From assembly GCA_963813225.1 (NCBI GenBank), contig CAWEYB010000001.1, positions 256,362 to 320,361 on the forward strand: a DNA stretch of 64,000 nt, written 5' to 3'. Positions 42,703 through 53,324 of this stretch are shown here, one piece after another. This DNA comes from an uncultured Chloroflexia bacterium. GTDB lineage: Bacteria; Chloroflexota; Limnocylindria; Limnocylindrales; CSP1-4. Within the stretch, counting starts at the first letter, position 1, and every line of letters begins with the position of its first letter. Below the pieces are notes generated by a model. That model ran no database searches and was not told where the DNA came from. It was given only the letters and a program-made list of their open reading frames with translations. The position numbers and the translations under genes were made by a program.

Positions 42703-43842
42703 CGATGGTCACCGCTTGTGCGTCTTCGCCACCCGACCCTGACACGGTCAGGATGACGGTGTAACTCGACTGACCGCCGTCAAAGGCGTGGCCGACAACC
42801 TTACTCGACGACGTGTTCCCGTCATCGAAGTCCCAGTGGTAGCTGGTCGCGTGCGTCGAACCCGACGCGTCGAACGTGATCGAGGTCCCCGGTGCAGCGC
42901 ATGTCGCCGATGCGGAGATCTTGGCGACCGGCAGGGCGGGGGTCGGGGTCGGCTTCGGGGTGGGTGTTGGTGTCGGCTTGGTCGTCGGCTTCGCGGTCGG
43001 CGTCGGTGTCGGGATCGGTGTCGGTCTCGGCGTCCGTCTCGGCGTCGGCGCCGGGGCGCCCTTCGACGACGGAACGGGCTTGGGAGTCGGGCTCGGACCG
43101 ACGACAGGCGTCGCAGAAGCCGCCCCCGCCTGAGCGCTGACCGAGGGCGTCGCTGCGGGAGTGGCGGCCGAGCCTCCAGCCGCCGCGGCGGAGGCCGGCG
43201 TCGAGGACCGTCCGCTTGACTGCTCGCTCGGGTCGGCACCGGTCACGGCGAAGGCCGTCGGCTGAGGCCCTCCACCGAGTCCTCCGGGCCAGACGAGGAT
43301 CGCGACGATGCCGAAGACGGCGAGCGCGATCAGCGCCACCCCGGCGTCGCGGACCAGCCGCTCGCGGGGCGCCGCAGGCTCAGCTGGCAGGGAACCCGCG
43401 GGACCTGTCGGGGCGCCGGCCGCGACACGCCCGGCGGTGCTGGCGGCGACGTGGCCTGCAGCGGCCGCACGCGCCGCCGCAGCCGTGGCGGCCGCACCAG
43501 CGGCGGCCGGCGGGACAGGGCTCGTGGAGACCGGCGGGACGGGTGCGTCGGGCACCCCGATGCGATACGCGACCTCGTCCGCGGTCAGGGCTGCAGCCGT
43601 CTCGCCCGTATCGGGCGGCGTCGGCGGCGCCGTCGGCCTGCCGGTCAGGCGGCGGACGAGGTACATGCCGATCGATCGGTCGACGGCGTCATGCACCCCG
43701 CGCGACGGGCCAGACGGCGCGGAGCCTTCGGGCGCCTTCGGGGGGTCGAAGAGTTGCGGACCGTGATCGACCAGCCGACGATCCCGACGAGCACGACCGC
43801 CGCAGCGGCCGCAGTGATGGCGATGACAAGGTCAAGCGACAT
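42689..43842 (-). CDS. Membrane-anchored protein with a Pro/Thr-rich linker and a C-terminal PKD domain; one frame break near 43750
   Basis: N-terminal TM helix [24 protein letters not shown] and a second TM helix [17 protein letters not shown]. Linker PTPKPVPSS...[15 protein letters not shown]-like [39 protein letters not shown]...YTVILTVSG. The 3' end overlaps the adhesin start by 14 nt. Confidence 0.6.
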
Positions 43843-43930
43843 GGATGTCCTGAGCGGACGCGAACCGCGTTCGCGTGACGGACGGGGATGCTAGCACTCG
43901 TTCGGGACCCCGCCCATCGCGTCAGAAGAC

Positions 43931-45061
43931 CTAGTCACCGGGGACCTTCGGCGGCGTGATCGTGTCGTAGGCGTCGGCCTCCAGCTCGTCGGGCCGGTCG
44001 AAGTCGCCGCGTGTCGGAATGAAGAGGATCAGGCCGAACGCCACGAACAGGCCGACGAATGCATAGACCTGGGTGACGCCCGACAGCAGCAACGAGAGCA
44101 CCGCGAGCACGAGACAGATGCCGTAGATCGCGAGGACGGTCTGCCGGTGTGACAGCCCGAGGTCCAGGAGCCGGTGATGGATGTGCGTCCGGTCGGGGCT
44201 GAAGGGCGAGCGCCGCTCGGACAGCCGGCGGACGATGATCCAGAACGTGTCGATGATCGGGACGCTGAGGACGAGCAGCGCGACCGCCACCTTCGCCGTC
44301 CCGAGGATGGCGAGCACCGCTAGCGTGTAGCCGACGAACTGGACGCCACTGGTCCCCGCGAAGATCGTGGCCGGATGGAAGTTCCAGCGCAGGAACCCCA
44401 GCAGGGATCCGGCCAGCGCGAAGCAGAGGACCGCGATGAGCGGCTGGGCGACCACCTGGGTCGTCAGGCTGATGATCCCGAGCGTCACGGCGGCGATGAA
44501 GGCCACCCCCGACGACAGGCCGTCCAGGCCGTCGATCCAGTTGATGCTGTTGATCATCCCGACGATCCAGAAGATGGTGAGCCCGGCGGCGACCGGCCCG
44601 GTGAAGCGGAAGTCCGGCCCGAACGGGTTCGTGATGAAGGTGATCGAAACCCCGAGGGCGACCGCGGCGCCGGCCAGGGCGATCTGGCCGATCAGCTGGT
44701 ACCGGGCGCGGAGGTCGAACAGGTCGTCCATCGCGCCGAGACCGGCCGCGACGGCGCCACCGAGCAGCAGGGCTACGACCTCGGACGTGTCGAAGCTGAA
44801 CGGGATCGGCACGAGGTCGGCCGTCTGGTTGATGAGCAGGAACAGCGCGGCGACCAGCAGGAACGCCGCGCTGACGGCCAGACCGCCGCCTCGCGGCACC
44901 GGGATGGTGTTGATCCGGCGGGCCTCAGGCCGGTCGACGATCTCGTAGCGCAGCACCACCCGGCGAACGACCGGCGTCACGACGAGGGCGATGAGGGCGG
45001 CGAGGATGAAGACGGCCAGGATCGGAGCGACGAAGTCCCCGACGTTCGAGATGAACGTCAT
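43931..45061 (-). CDS. WecA/TagO/Rfe-type polyprenyl-phosphate GlcNAc-1-phosphate transferase (MraY/GT4 family)
   Basis: 376 aa starting at MTFISNVGDF. RRINTIPVPRGGGL, GAMDDLFDL, NSINWIDGLDGL, PDRTHIHHRLL. Confidence 0.85.
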   Translation of the reverse strand: MTFISNVGDFVAPILAVFILAALIALVVTPVVRRVVLRYEIVDRPEARRINTIPVPRGGGLAVSAAFLLVAALFLLINQTADLVPIPFSFDTSEVVALLLGGAVAAGLGAMDDLFDLRARYQLIGQIALAGAAVALGVSITFITNPFGPDFRFTGPVAAGLTIFWIVGMINSINWIDGLDGLSSGVAFIAAVTLGIISLTTQVVAQPLIAVLCFALAGSLLGFLRWNFHPATIFAGTSGVQFVGYTLAVLAILGTAKVAVALLVLSVPIIDTFWIIVRRLSERRSPFSPDRTHIHHRLLDLGLSHRQTVLAIYGICLVLAVLSLLLSGVTQVYAFVGLFVAFGLILFIPTRGDFDRPDELEADAYDTITPPKVPGD

Positions 45062-45104
45062 CCTGGCCGGATCCCGCTGGCCGGCGGGGCGATCGTCGGG
45101 TCGG

Positions 45105-46448
45105 TCACGCCGCCGGCAGGCCCGGGACCGGGAATCTGTCGACGATCTCGCGGACCGCGCCGGCGAGGCGCTCCTGCTCGGCCGGCTCGTCGCGGCGGCG
45201 GATGGCGTCGATGATGATCCGCCCGATCGCGCGCATCTCGTCCGGACCGAACCCGCGGGACGTCGCGGCCGGCGTCCCGATCCGGATGCCCGAGGCCGTG
45301 TTGGGCGGCAGCGTGTCGAACGGGATGGCGTTCTTGTTGACGGTGATGCCGATCTCGTCGAGCAGGTGCTCGGCTTCCTTGCCGGTGACACCCAGCGGAG
45401 TCACGTCCACCAGCATGAGGTGATTGTCGGTGCCGCCGGACACGACCCGCGCACCGAGCCCGGCCAGCGTCTCGGCCATGACCGCGGCGTTCGCGACCGT
45501 GCGCCGCTGGTCGTTCCGGAATGTCTCCTCGGCGGCCAGCTTGAAGGCGACGGCCTTGCCCGCGATGACCTGCATGAGCGGGCCGCCCTGGATGCCCGGG
45601 AAGGTGGTCCGGTCGACGGACGCGGCCAGCGCGCCATCCGCCGCCCCGTTCTTGACCGTGGGGAACGCGTCCGGGTCGAGCCCGGGCCGCAGCGTCCGTC
45701 GCGAGAAGATCATCCCGCCGCGAGGGCCGCGGAGCGTCTTGTGCGTCGTCGTGGTCACCAGGTCGGCGTGCGGGAACGGGCTCGGGTGGACGTCGGCGGC
45801 GACGAGACCGGCGATGTGGGCCATGTCGATGAACAGGATGGCGCCGACGTCCTCGGCGATCGACGCCATCCGCTCGAAGTCCCACAGCCGCGGATACGCC
45901 GACGCGCCGCCGACGATCAGCTTCGGCCGGACGTCCTTCGCCTGGACGGCCATCGCGTCGTAGTCGATCCGCTCCGTGTCCTGCCGCACGCCATAGGCAT
46001 GGACCTCGTACAGCCTGCCCGAGAAGTTGAGCCCCATCCCGTGCGTGAGATGGCCACCGTGGGCGAGGTTCATGCCCATGATCCGGTCGCCGGGCTCGAG
46101 GACGCTGAAGTAGGCGACCATGTTCGCCTGCGCACCCGAGTGCGGCTGGACGTTGACGTGCTCGGCGCCGGGGAAGAGGGCGAGGGCTCGGTCCTGGGCG
46201 AGGCGCTCGGCGATGTCAACGAACTCGCAGCCGCCGTAGTAGCGCTTGCCCGGCAGGCCTTCCGCGTACTTGTTGGTGAGCCAGGAGCCCTGCGCCTCCA
46301 TGACGGCCGCCGACGTGTAGTTCTCGCTCGCGATCAGCTCGATCTTGTCGTGCTGGCGCCGCCGCTCACCGAGCATCGCCTCCCACAGGACCGGGTCGAG
46401 CTCGGCGATCGACTCGAGGGCGAGCCCCGTCGCTGGCGAGATCGTCAT
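45105..46448 (-). CDS. glyA: Serine hydroxymethyltransferase
   Basis: Intact 447 aa starting at [51 protein letters not shown]. Confidence 0.95.
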   Translation of the reverse strand: MTISPATGLALESIAELDPVLWEAMLGERRRQHDKIELIASENYTSAAVMEAQGSWLTNKYAEGLPGKRYYGGCEFVDIAERLAQDRALALFPGAEHVNVQPHSGAQANMVAYFSVLEPGDRIMGMNLAHGGHLTHGMGLNFSGRLYEVHAYGVRQDTERIDYDAMAVQAKDVRPKLIVGGASAYPRLWDFERMASIAEDVGAILFIDMAHIAGLVAADVHPSPFPHADLVTTTTHKTLRGPRGGMIFSRRTLRPGLDPDAFPTVKNGAADGALAASVDRTTFPGIQGGPLMQVIAGKAVAFKLAAEETFRNDQRRTVANAAVMAETLAGLGARVVSGGTDNHLMLVDVTPLGVTGKEAEHLLDEIGITVNKNAIPFDTLPPNTASGIRIGTPAATSRGFGPDEMRAIGRIIIDAIRRRDEPAEQERLAGAVREIVDRFPVPGLPAA

Positions 46449-46643
46449 GAGCGCCGACTCCTTCCCTGCCACTCCGGCACCCTCTGGGTGCACCGCCGAC
46501 GCACCGAGCCCCCGCGCATCCGTCGGGTATCTTCCCACGTTCGCGGCCGTGCCCGATGGCCGGACGTCTCCCGGCCGACGGGTCAGGTCAGGTCGGGGCC
46601 GCGACCCGTCAGGCCGGCCGAGAGCCTGGATCCGCGGGGCCCG

Positions 46644-47320
46644 GTCACCGCCGCGACGGAGGGCGCTGCCGAGACCGAAGCTCATGCGCGACGCCGGCCG
46701 TGTCGAGGACGCGAGCGACACGGGACGTCGGGATCGCGCCCTCGCGCAGGAGGACGGGCCGCGCGCCGCGTGCAGTCGACGATGGTCGAGGCCGGTCCGC
46801 CGTGCGCAGGACCGCCGTCGAGGATCAGGTCCAGCGCGTCGCCGAGCTGGTCGATGATCTCGGCTGCGTCGCGCGCCTCCGGGAGTCCCGAGACGTTGGC
46901 GGACGTGGTCGGCAAGGGCCCGACCGCGCGGGCCAGCGCACGCGGGGCATCGTGGTCGGGCACCCGCAGGCCGATCGTGGGAGCACCGGCAGTCAGTGCG
47001 GCCGGGAGCGAGACCTCGGGGAGCCGCGGCACGATCACCGTCAGGCCACCGGGCCAGAACGCATCGGCGAGGGCCGCGGCGGCGGGACCCATGATCCCGA
47101 TCGTCGCAGCCTGGGCGGCGACGTCGAGCAGCAGCATGATCCCCTTGTCGGGCGGCCGGCGTTTCACGTGGAACAAGCGCTCGACGCCACCCACCGTCTC
47201 GAGCGCGACTGCCACGCCGTAGACCGTGTCGGTCGGCAGGGCGACGACGCCACCCGCGCGGAGCACGTCGATGGCCGCCGCCCGGCCCGCCTCATCGTCG
47301 AGAACCACCCGCGCCGTCAT
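46644..47320 (-). CDS. tsaC: L-threonylcarbamoyladenylate synthase (YrdC/YwlC/Sua5 family); one frame break near 46775
   Basis: [48 protein letters not shown]. The expected tail [12 protein letters not shown] is in another frame, with its stop at 46644-46646. Confidence 0.8.
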
Positions 47321-48261
47321 GCCGGGGCCACCATCCGGCCCTCCGAGGCCAGCGCCTCCCGCCGCTCCGCCGACGCCTCGGACAGCCGCGCGACGGCTCG
47401 TCGGGCGGCCCCCGGCGATGCCAGGACCAGCGCCTCGATCATCCGCGCCACTCCCTCGTCGGCGAGCGGCGGCGCGACGTAGCGGGCCGCGGCGAGGACC
47501 TCGATCGGCGCGCTCGGCATGGCGGTGCCGTGGCCGACCTCGGCCAGCATCTCGATGTCGTTCCACTGGTCACCGATCGCGAGGACGGCACCGAGCGGGA
47601 TCCTCATCCGGCGGGCCAGCCAGCGGATCGCGCGACCCTTCGAGACTCCCGGGGCGACGAACTCGACGAAGTGCGGGTGGCTGACGGTCACATCGGCACG
47701 CCCGGCGAAATGGGCACGGGCCAGCGGCGCGACCTCGGTCGGAAGGGGCGGCTCGCCCGCGCACATGACCTTCGTGACCGGATGCCGGATCGACGCCACC
47801 AGGTCGTCCGTCAGGCGCGGCGGCGTGCCCATGAACGTCGTGTACTCGTCGGCGCGCGGGTCGTCCGAGCGGACGATGAACCGCTCGAGGTGGTTCACGT
47901 GCGGGTCCAGCCCGTGCTCGCGCGCCCACACCACCACCTCCCGGGCGACCGCCGCGGGCATGGGCGTGTGGATGAGGAGCTTGCCCGGTCGGGTCGAGCC
48001 TTCGAGCGGCATCTCCCTGATCAGGGCGCCCTGGTAGCCGACGAGCGGCGTGTCGAGCTCGAGCTCGCGCGCGAACCGCAGGGCGCTCGAGACCATCCGG
48101 CCGGTGATCAGCGAGACCATCACCCCGCGGGCGCGGGCGGCACGGATCGCGGCCCGCGTGTCCGGTCCGATGTTCAGGTCGTCGCCGACCAGCGTCCCGT
48201 CGATGTCGAGGGCGACGAGGCGCACGGGCAGGATCGGCTCCGGAGTTCGGATGACGGGCAC
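47317..48261 (-). CDS. Cof-type HAD-IIB family hydrolase
   Basis: LVALDIDGTLV, ITGRM, GVSKGRAIRWL, AIGDQWNDIEML. The stop overlaps the tsaC ATG (ATGA). The start is assumed to be GTG 48261. Confidence 0.75.
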   Translation of the reverse strand: MPVIRTPEPILPVRLVALDIDGTLVGDDLNIGPDTRAAIRAARARGVMVSLITGRMVSSALRFARELELDTPLVGYQGALIREMPLEGSTRPGKLLIHTPMPAAVAREVVVWAREHGLDPHVNHLERFIVRSDDPRADEYTTFMGTPPRLTDDLVASIRHPVTKVMCAGEPPLPTEVAPLARAHFAGRADVTVSHPHFVEFVAPGVSKGRAIRWLARRMRIPLGAVLAIGDQWNDIEMLAEVGHGTAMPSAPIEVLAAARYVAPPLADEGVARMIEALVLASPGAARRAVARLSEASAERREALASEGRMVAPA

Positions 48262-48310
48262 AGACCGATGATGCCCGACCCTCGCATCGGGCGCTGGCGG
48301 GGCGGTGGCG

Positions 48311-49241
48311 TCAGCCCGAAGCAACACCAGCGGACCGCTCGATCCGCGCCACCCGTGGCAAGCCGGCCAGGTCGAGCTCGATCGTGCACACCCAGCCGGG
48401 CAGGCGATCGCCGACGAGCGAGACCATCGCGTCACGCTGGTCGGCGCCGATCTCGAGGAACGCGACGCCGGCCTCGTCCAGCACCTCGGGCAGCCGTTCC
48501 ACGAGCCGGCTGATGACGGCCAGCCCGTCGACGCCGCCGTCCAGCGCGACGACCGGCTCGTAGCTGGTGGCGCGAGGCAGCTCCGGCAAGGCATCGCTTC
48601 GGACGTAGGGCAGATTGGCGAGCACGACCTCGAAAGGCATGACCGCGGCCGGGAGCAGATCGGCGACCTCGAACCGGATCCGGTCCGCCACCGCGTGACC
48701 AACGGCGTTCTCGACCGCCAGCCCGAGCGCATCCGCCGAGATGTCGGTCGCGAGGATGTCGACCGCCTCGAGCGCACGGCGACGCCGAAGGGCGACCGCC
48801 AGGGCGACCGCGATCGCGCCACTCCCCGTCCCCACGTCCGCGATCCGCAGCGGCGCGCCCGTCCGCCGCGCGCGCCACCGCGCCCAGCCGGCGCATGACC
48901 TCGGCCTCCGCCAGCTCGACGAGCCGCTCGGTCTCCGGCCGCGGGATCAGCGCCCGGCCGTCCACCTCGAACGCGAGCCCATAGAACTCCTTGAGCCCGC
49001 GCAGGTAGGCGACCGGCTCGCCGGCCGCGCGGCGCTCGATGTCCGACCGGTATCGGCTCGCGGCGTCAGCCCCGACCGGCGCCTCGGGATGCGCCAGCAC
49101 GACCGTTCGCCCGACACCGACCGCATGTCCCAGCAACAGCTCGGCGTCGAGCCTCGGCGTCTCGGAACCGGCGCCGGCGAGGCGAGCGGCACCCTCGCGG
49201 AGGAGCGCTCCGGTCGTTTCCAGCGGAAACCCGGCCGACAA
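48311..49241 (-). CDS. prmC: Release-factor glutamine N5-methyltransferase; one frame break near 48880
   Basis: AGEPVAYLRGLKEFYGLAFEVDGRALIPRPETE in one frame, then DVGTGSGAIAVALA..VLANLPYV in the next. Confidence 0.85.
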
Positions 49242-49281
49242 CGGCGTCGACGCGGCCGCTTCGCCAGGCTTCGGTCCTTCC

Positions 49282-50375
49282 TCAGGCAGCGCCGTCGCCC
49301 TCGCCCAGGCGGTCGGCCTGGTCGGCCATCACCAGCGCGTCGATCAGGTCGTCGAGGTCGCCGTCCATGACCCCGGGCAGGTTGTGCACGGTCTTCCCGA
49401 TCCGGTGGTCGGTGACGCGGTCCTGCGGGAAGTTGTACGTCCGGACCTTGTCCGACCGGTCGCCCGAGCCGACCATCGAACGTCGGGCCGCCGAATCCGC
49501 CGCACGCTGCTTCTGCTGCTGGAGGTCGTACAGCCGCGAGCGCAGGACGGAGATCGCCTTGGCCTTGTTCTTGTGCTGGCTCTTCTCGTCCTGGATCTCG
49601 ACGACGAGACCGGTCGGCAGGTGGGTCACGCGGACCGCCGAGTCGGTCGTATTGACCGACTGGCCGCCGGGCCCCGATGCGCGCTTGACATCGATCCGGA
49701 GGTCGCGCTCTTCGTCGATCTCGATCTCGACCTCGTCCACCTCGGGCAGGACGACGACCGTCACCGTCGAGGTGTGGATCCGCCCCGACGACTCGGTCGC
49801 CGGGATCCGCTGGACGCGGTGGACCCCGCCCTCGAACTTGAGCCTGCTGTACGCGCCGTCGCCATGGATCTGGATGATGGCTTCCTTGATGCCGCCGATC
49901 CCTGTCTCGTTGAGGCTGAGGATCTCGGGCTTGAAGCGATGTCGCTCGGCGTAGCGGATGTACATCCGGTAGAGCTCGGCCGCGAACAGCGCAGCCTCCT
50001 CCCCGCCGGCGCCGCCGCGGAGTCTCCATGATCACGTCCCGGCCGTCGTTCGGGTCGCGTGGCAGGAGGAGGACCTTGAGCTCGTCGAGCAGGCGGGTCT
50101 CGTCGGCCTCGAGCCGCGCGACCTCCTCGCGCGCCATGGCGTGCATCTCGTCGTCGGCCTCGGAGCCGTCGCGCAGCTCGCGCGCGCCGGTCAGCTCGGT
50201 CCGCGTCGCCTCGAGCCGGCGGAAGGCGGCCACCACCGGCTCCAGCCGCGACAGCTCCTGACCAAGCCGGCGGATGGCATCGCGGATCGGTCGAGGTCTC
50301 GGGACGCGCCAGGTCGACCTGGATGTCGTCGTATTGGCTGGCGACCGTCGCGAGCTTGGCGTCGAGATCGCTCAT
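49282..50375 (-). CDS. prfA: Peptide chain release factor 1; two frame breaks (about 50280 and 50020)
   Basis: [25 protein letters not shown] (GGQ motif) and [14 protein letters not shown]. The N-terminal pieces lie in two other frames. Confidence 0.9.
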
Positions 50376-51386
50376 CGCCCCGGCGGCGGGTCGGTCGGGA
50401 GCGGCGGCACGGCCGGCGGGGGCGGGGCGGCAGGTGCCGGCAGGTCGGTCATCGTGTCGACGGGGGCCGGGAAGTCCATCGGACGGCTGTCGAAGTCGCC
50501 GGAGCCGGCCGGGACAGCCTCACCATCCGCCACGAGCGCCTGCTCCATCGACACGATGGCGACCTCGATCATGTCGTCGGTCGGCTGCTTGGTCGTGATC
50601 ATCTGGACGAGGAGGCCCGGGTAGAGCAGCACCTTCATGATCGGGTTCTTCCGGTGGCGGGCGCCGAACCGGAGGATCTCGTAGCCGACGGCCGCGATGA
50701 CCGGGATGAGCAGGATCCGGCTGGCGATCATGACCAGCGGCTCCTGCCGGCCGACCAGCGAGAAGGCGATGATCGACAGGAGGATGACCACGACGAGGAA
50801 CTCGGTGCCGCAGCGCTGGTGGGCCGTCGGGTACTTGCGGACGGCAGCGACGTCGAGCGGGTCGCCGGCTTCCAGCGCATGGATGGTCATGTGCTCGGCG
50901 CCGTGGTACTGGAACACGCGGCCGATGTCGGGTGATCGCGAGATCAGGATGAGGTAGCCGAGGAAGATCGCGACACGGATCAGTCCTTCGATGAGGGACT
51001 GCAGGAAGCCGTGGTCCGGTCCCTGGACGGTGACCGACGCGATGAACAGGGGCAGCAGGAAGAAGATCGCCGATCCCTGCCGCAAGGGTCAGCCCGAGCA
51101 TGAGCGCGATCGAGCCCTTGCCGAGCTCGACACCTTCCTCCGAGGCCTGGACGTTCGCGCTGCGGACCAGCCAGCGGGTGCCGACCACGAGCGTCTCGTA
51201 CAGGACGACGAGACCGCGGATCAGCGGCCACTTCGACCAGCGCGTCCCGTGGAAGCCGGCGTCGAGGCGCTCGGTGGCGTAGACGATCTGACCATCCGGG
51301 TGGCGCAGCGCGACCGCGATCGCGTCACGCCCGCGCATCAGGACGCCCTCGATCAGGGCCTGGCCGCCGTAGGTGTAGATGGGCAT
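50372..51386 (-). CDS. DUF1385 family membrane protein (commonly linked to prfA/prmC); one frame break near 51075
   Basis: MPIYTYGGQALIEGVLMRG... and YHGAEHMTIHALEAG. The stop overlaps the prfA ATG (ATGA). Confidence 0.75.
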
Positions 51387-51433
51387 GCAGGCAGTCTACC
51401 GGGTGGGGCGAGCGAGCCTCTCAGAGACCCGGG

Positions 51434-51463
51434 AATCGAAACGGCGGGCCGTCGGCCCGCCGT
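51434..51463 (-). terminator. Rho-independent terminator after rpmE
   Basis: Minus-strand acggcgggcc-gac-ggcccgccgt (10-bp stem) followed by ttcgatt. Confidence 0.6.
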
Positions 51464-51484
51464 CCTGGGTGCGATCGAGGTCGT

Positions 51485-51697
51485 CTAGCTGCGGACCTGG
51501 CGCTCGAGGCGCTTCTGGAACCGCTCGACCTGGCCGGCCGTGTCGATGATGGTCTGCTTCCCCGTGAAGAACGGGTGGCAGTTGCCGCAGACGTCGACGC
51601 GCAGCTCCGGTCGGGTCGAGCCGACCGTCCACTCGGTGCCGCACGATCCGCAGTGGACCTTGGCCTGGAAATACTTGGGATGGATATCGGGCTTCAC
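51485..51697 (-). CDS. rpmE: 50S ribosomal protein L31 (Zn-ribbon type)
   Basis: [26 protein letters not shown]. Confidence 0.95.
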   Translation of the reverse strand: MKPDIHPKYFQAKVHCGSCGTEWTVGSTRPELRVDVCGNCHPFFTGKQTIIDTAGQVERFQKRLERQVRS

Positions 51698-51767
51698 GAG
51701 GTTCTCTCCTCCGACGCCGTCCGTGCCGGGCCGATGCCCAGCCGGTGGTCGCCGGCTATTCCGGGGT

Positions 51768-52043
51768 CTAGGCGCTCGCGGCGGCCGTCTCGACCGCCTC
51801 GACCCGGATGCGCTTCTTGTTCTTGGTGGCGTGCTCGAACTTCACCTTCCCGGTGATCGTCGCGAACACGGTGTAATCGTGACCCAGCCCGGTGCCGGGT
51901 CCACTCAGGAATGTCATCCCCCGCTGTCGGACGATGATCGAACCGGCCGGCACGAGCTGGCCGTCGCCGGCCTTGACGCCGAGGCGCTGACCAACGCTGT
52001 CGCGGCCGTTCTTGACGCTGCCGCCGGCTTTCTTGTGGGCCAT
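51768..52043 (-). CDS. rpmA: 50S ribosomal protein L27
   Basis: [24 protein letters not shown]...; there is no N-terminal propeptide. Confidence 0.95.
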   Translation of the reverse strand: MAHKKAGGSVKNGRDSVGQRLGVKAGDGQLVPAGSIIVRQRGMTFLSGPGTGLGHDYTVFATITGKVKFEHATKNKKRIRVEAVETAAASA

Positions 52044-52048
52044 CTCGT

Positions 52049-52753
52049 CTACCCGTCCTTCTTGGTGGTACGCGGCTTCTTCGGCGCGTCGGCCTTGGCG
52101 GGAGCGGCGGCCTTGGCGGATGCCGGCTTCGTGGCCGCGGCCTTCGTCTCGGTCTTTGCCTTGCTCGTCGCGGCCGTGCTCTTCGCCGCCGGCTTCGCGT
52201 CGGCCTTGGCCTTCGTGGCCGTCTCGGTCTTGCCCTTCGGCTCGGCCTTGGCCTTGGTGGTCGTGTCGGCCTTCGCCTTCGGCGCGCTGGCCTTGGCCGA
52301 AGTCGCCTCGGCGCCGACGGCCAGCTTGGCGGCCAGCTCGGCATCCTTCGCGGCCTGCGCGGTGGCGGCGTCTTCGAGGCGCTCCCGCTCGGTCTTGGCC
52401 TCGCGCTCGGCCTTCTCGGCCGCCTTGGCGGCGCTCTTGCCACCGAGCGTGATATCGGCGATCCGAAGGACCGTCAGCTCCTGCCGATGGCCCTTCTTGA
52501 CCCGGCTGCGCGCCTTCGGCCGGTACTTGAATGAGATGAGCTTGGGTCCGCGCGTCTGGTCCAGGACCTCGGCGCTGACCGCGGCGTCGGCGACAAGGGG
52601 CCGACCGATGGTCGACTCATCGCCGTCGGCGACAAGGAGGACGCGCTCGATGGTGATCGTCTTGCCAGGTTCGGCGTCGAGCAGCTCGACCTGGAGCTCG
52701 GTGCCGACCTCGACGCGGTATTGCTTTCCGCCGGTCTCGATGACTGCGTACAT
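52049..52753 (-). CDS. rplU: 50S ribosomal protein L21 with a C-terminal Lys/Ala/Thr-rich extension of about 130 aa
   Basis: [17 protein letters not shown]...[12 protein letters not shown] core (about 103 aa), then [13 protein letters not shown]...[19 protein letters not shown]...[12 protein letters not shown]. Confidence 0.9.
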   Translation of the reverse strand: MYAVIETGGKQYRVEVGTELQVELLDAEPGKTITIERVLLVADGDESTIGRPLVADAAVSAEVLDQTRGPKLISFKYRPKARSRVKKGHRQELTVLRIADITLGGKSAAKAAEKAEREAKTERERLEDAATAQAAKDAELAAKLAVGAEATSAKASAPKAKADTTTKAKAEPKGKTETATKAKADAKPAAKSTAATSKAKTETKAAATKPASAKAAAPAKADAPKKPRTTKKDG

Positions 52754-52845
52754 GGATCCTCAGGATGGGTGGCCGGCGACCGCATGCGGCGACCGAGACC
52801 TCGGACGTGAAAAGGCGCGCGGCGATGCCGACGCGCAGAACAGGG

Positions 52846-52875
52846 ATTGTACGGCGCTGAGCGTGAGACGGTCAA
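52846..52875 (-). promoter_or_regulatory. Promoter candidate for rplU-rpmA (TTGACC-N18-TACAAT on the minus strand)
   Basis: -35 at 52870-52875 and -10 at 52846-52851. This would give a leader of about 85 nt. Confidence 0.45.
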
Positions 52876-52899
52876 CCGCAGACCCGGCGGCTGCTTCCC

Positions 52900-53324
52900 T
52901 CAGCGCGCGTCGACGCGAAAGACCGGGTAGCGATCCGCCGCAGCGACGACCTCGTCCGGGTCGCTCGACCCGAAGAAGCGTACGCCGCCCTGCACCTGCT
53001 CGAGGAAGGCCCGCAGGATCGGGCCGCGCTCCTCGACCGGGAGCTCGACAGACGCACGTCCTCGATCGCGCGTCCACGGGCGAGCGTCGCGGTCTGCGCA
53101 GCGCGGACATTCTTGACCCAGGCAGCGTCCGAGAACGCCGCGACGATGTACCGGTCTCCGTCGACCGTCGCGATCGACACCGGCGTGCTTCGCAGTTCGC
53201 CACTCCGTCGCCCGCGGACAGTCAGAAGATGCTGCGAGCCGATGCGCAAGCCGCCACGGAGCATGGCGGTGTTCATCCGGACTATCAACGACGGCGGCGG
53301 CTTGGTGGCCCGCGGCTGGGCCAT
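52900..53324 (-). CDS. DUF385 / deazaflavin-dependent nitroreductase-family protein; one frame break near 53050
   Basis: HLLTVRGRRSGELRSTPVSIATVDGDRYIVAAFSDAAWVKNVRA, then VELPVEERGPILRAFLEQ..RYPVFRVDAR in another frame. Confidence 0.55.

Noticed and set aside
46449-46643. Possible riboswitch (ZTP or THF type) in the 195-nt tsaC-glyA spacer
   Set aside because: I could not find the conserved ZTP/pfl or THF core sequences, only generic GC hairpins (for example gacgggtc...gacccgtc) that may terminate tsaC. A covariance-model scan would settle this.
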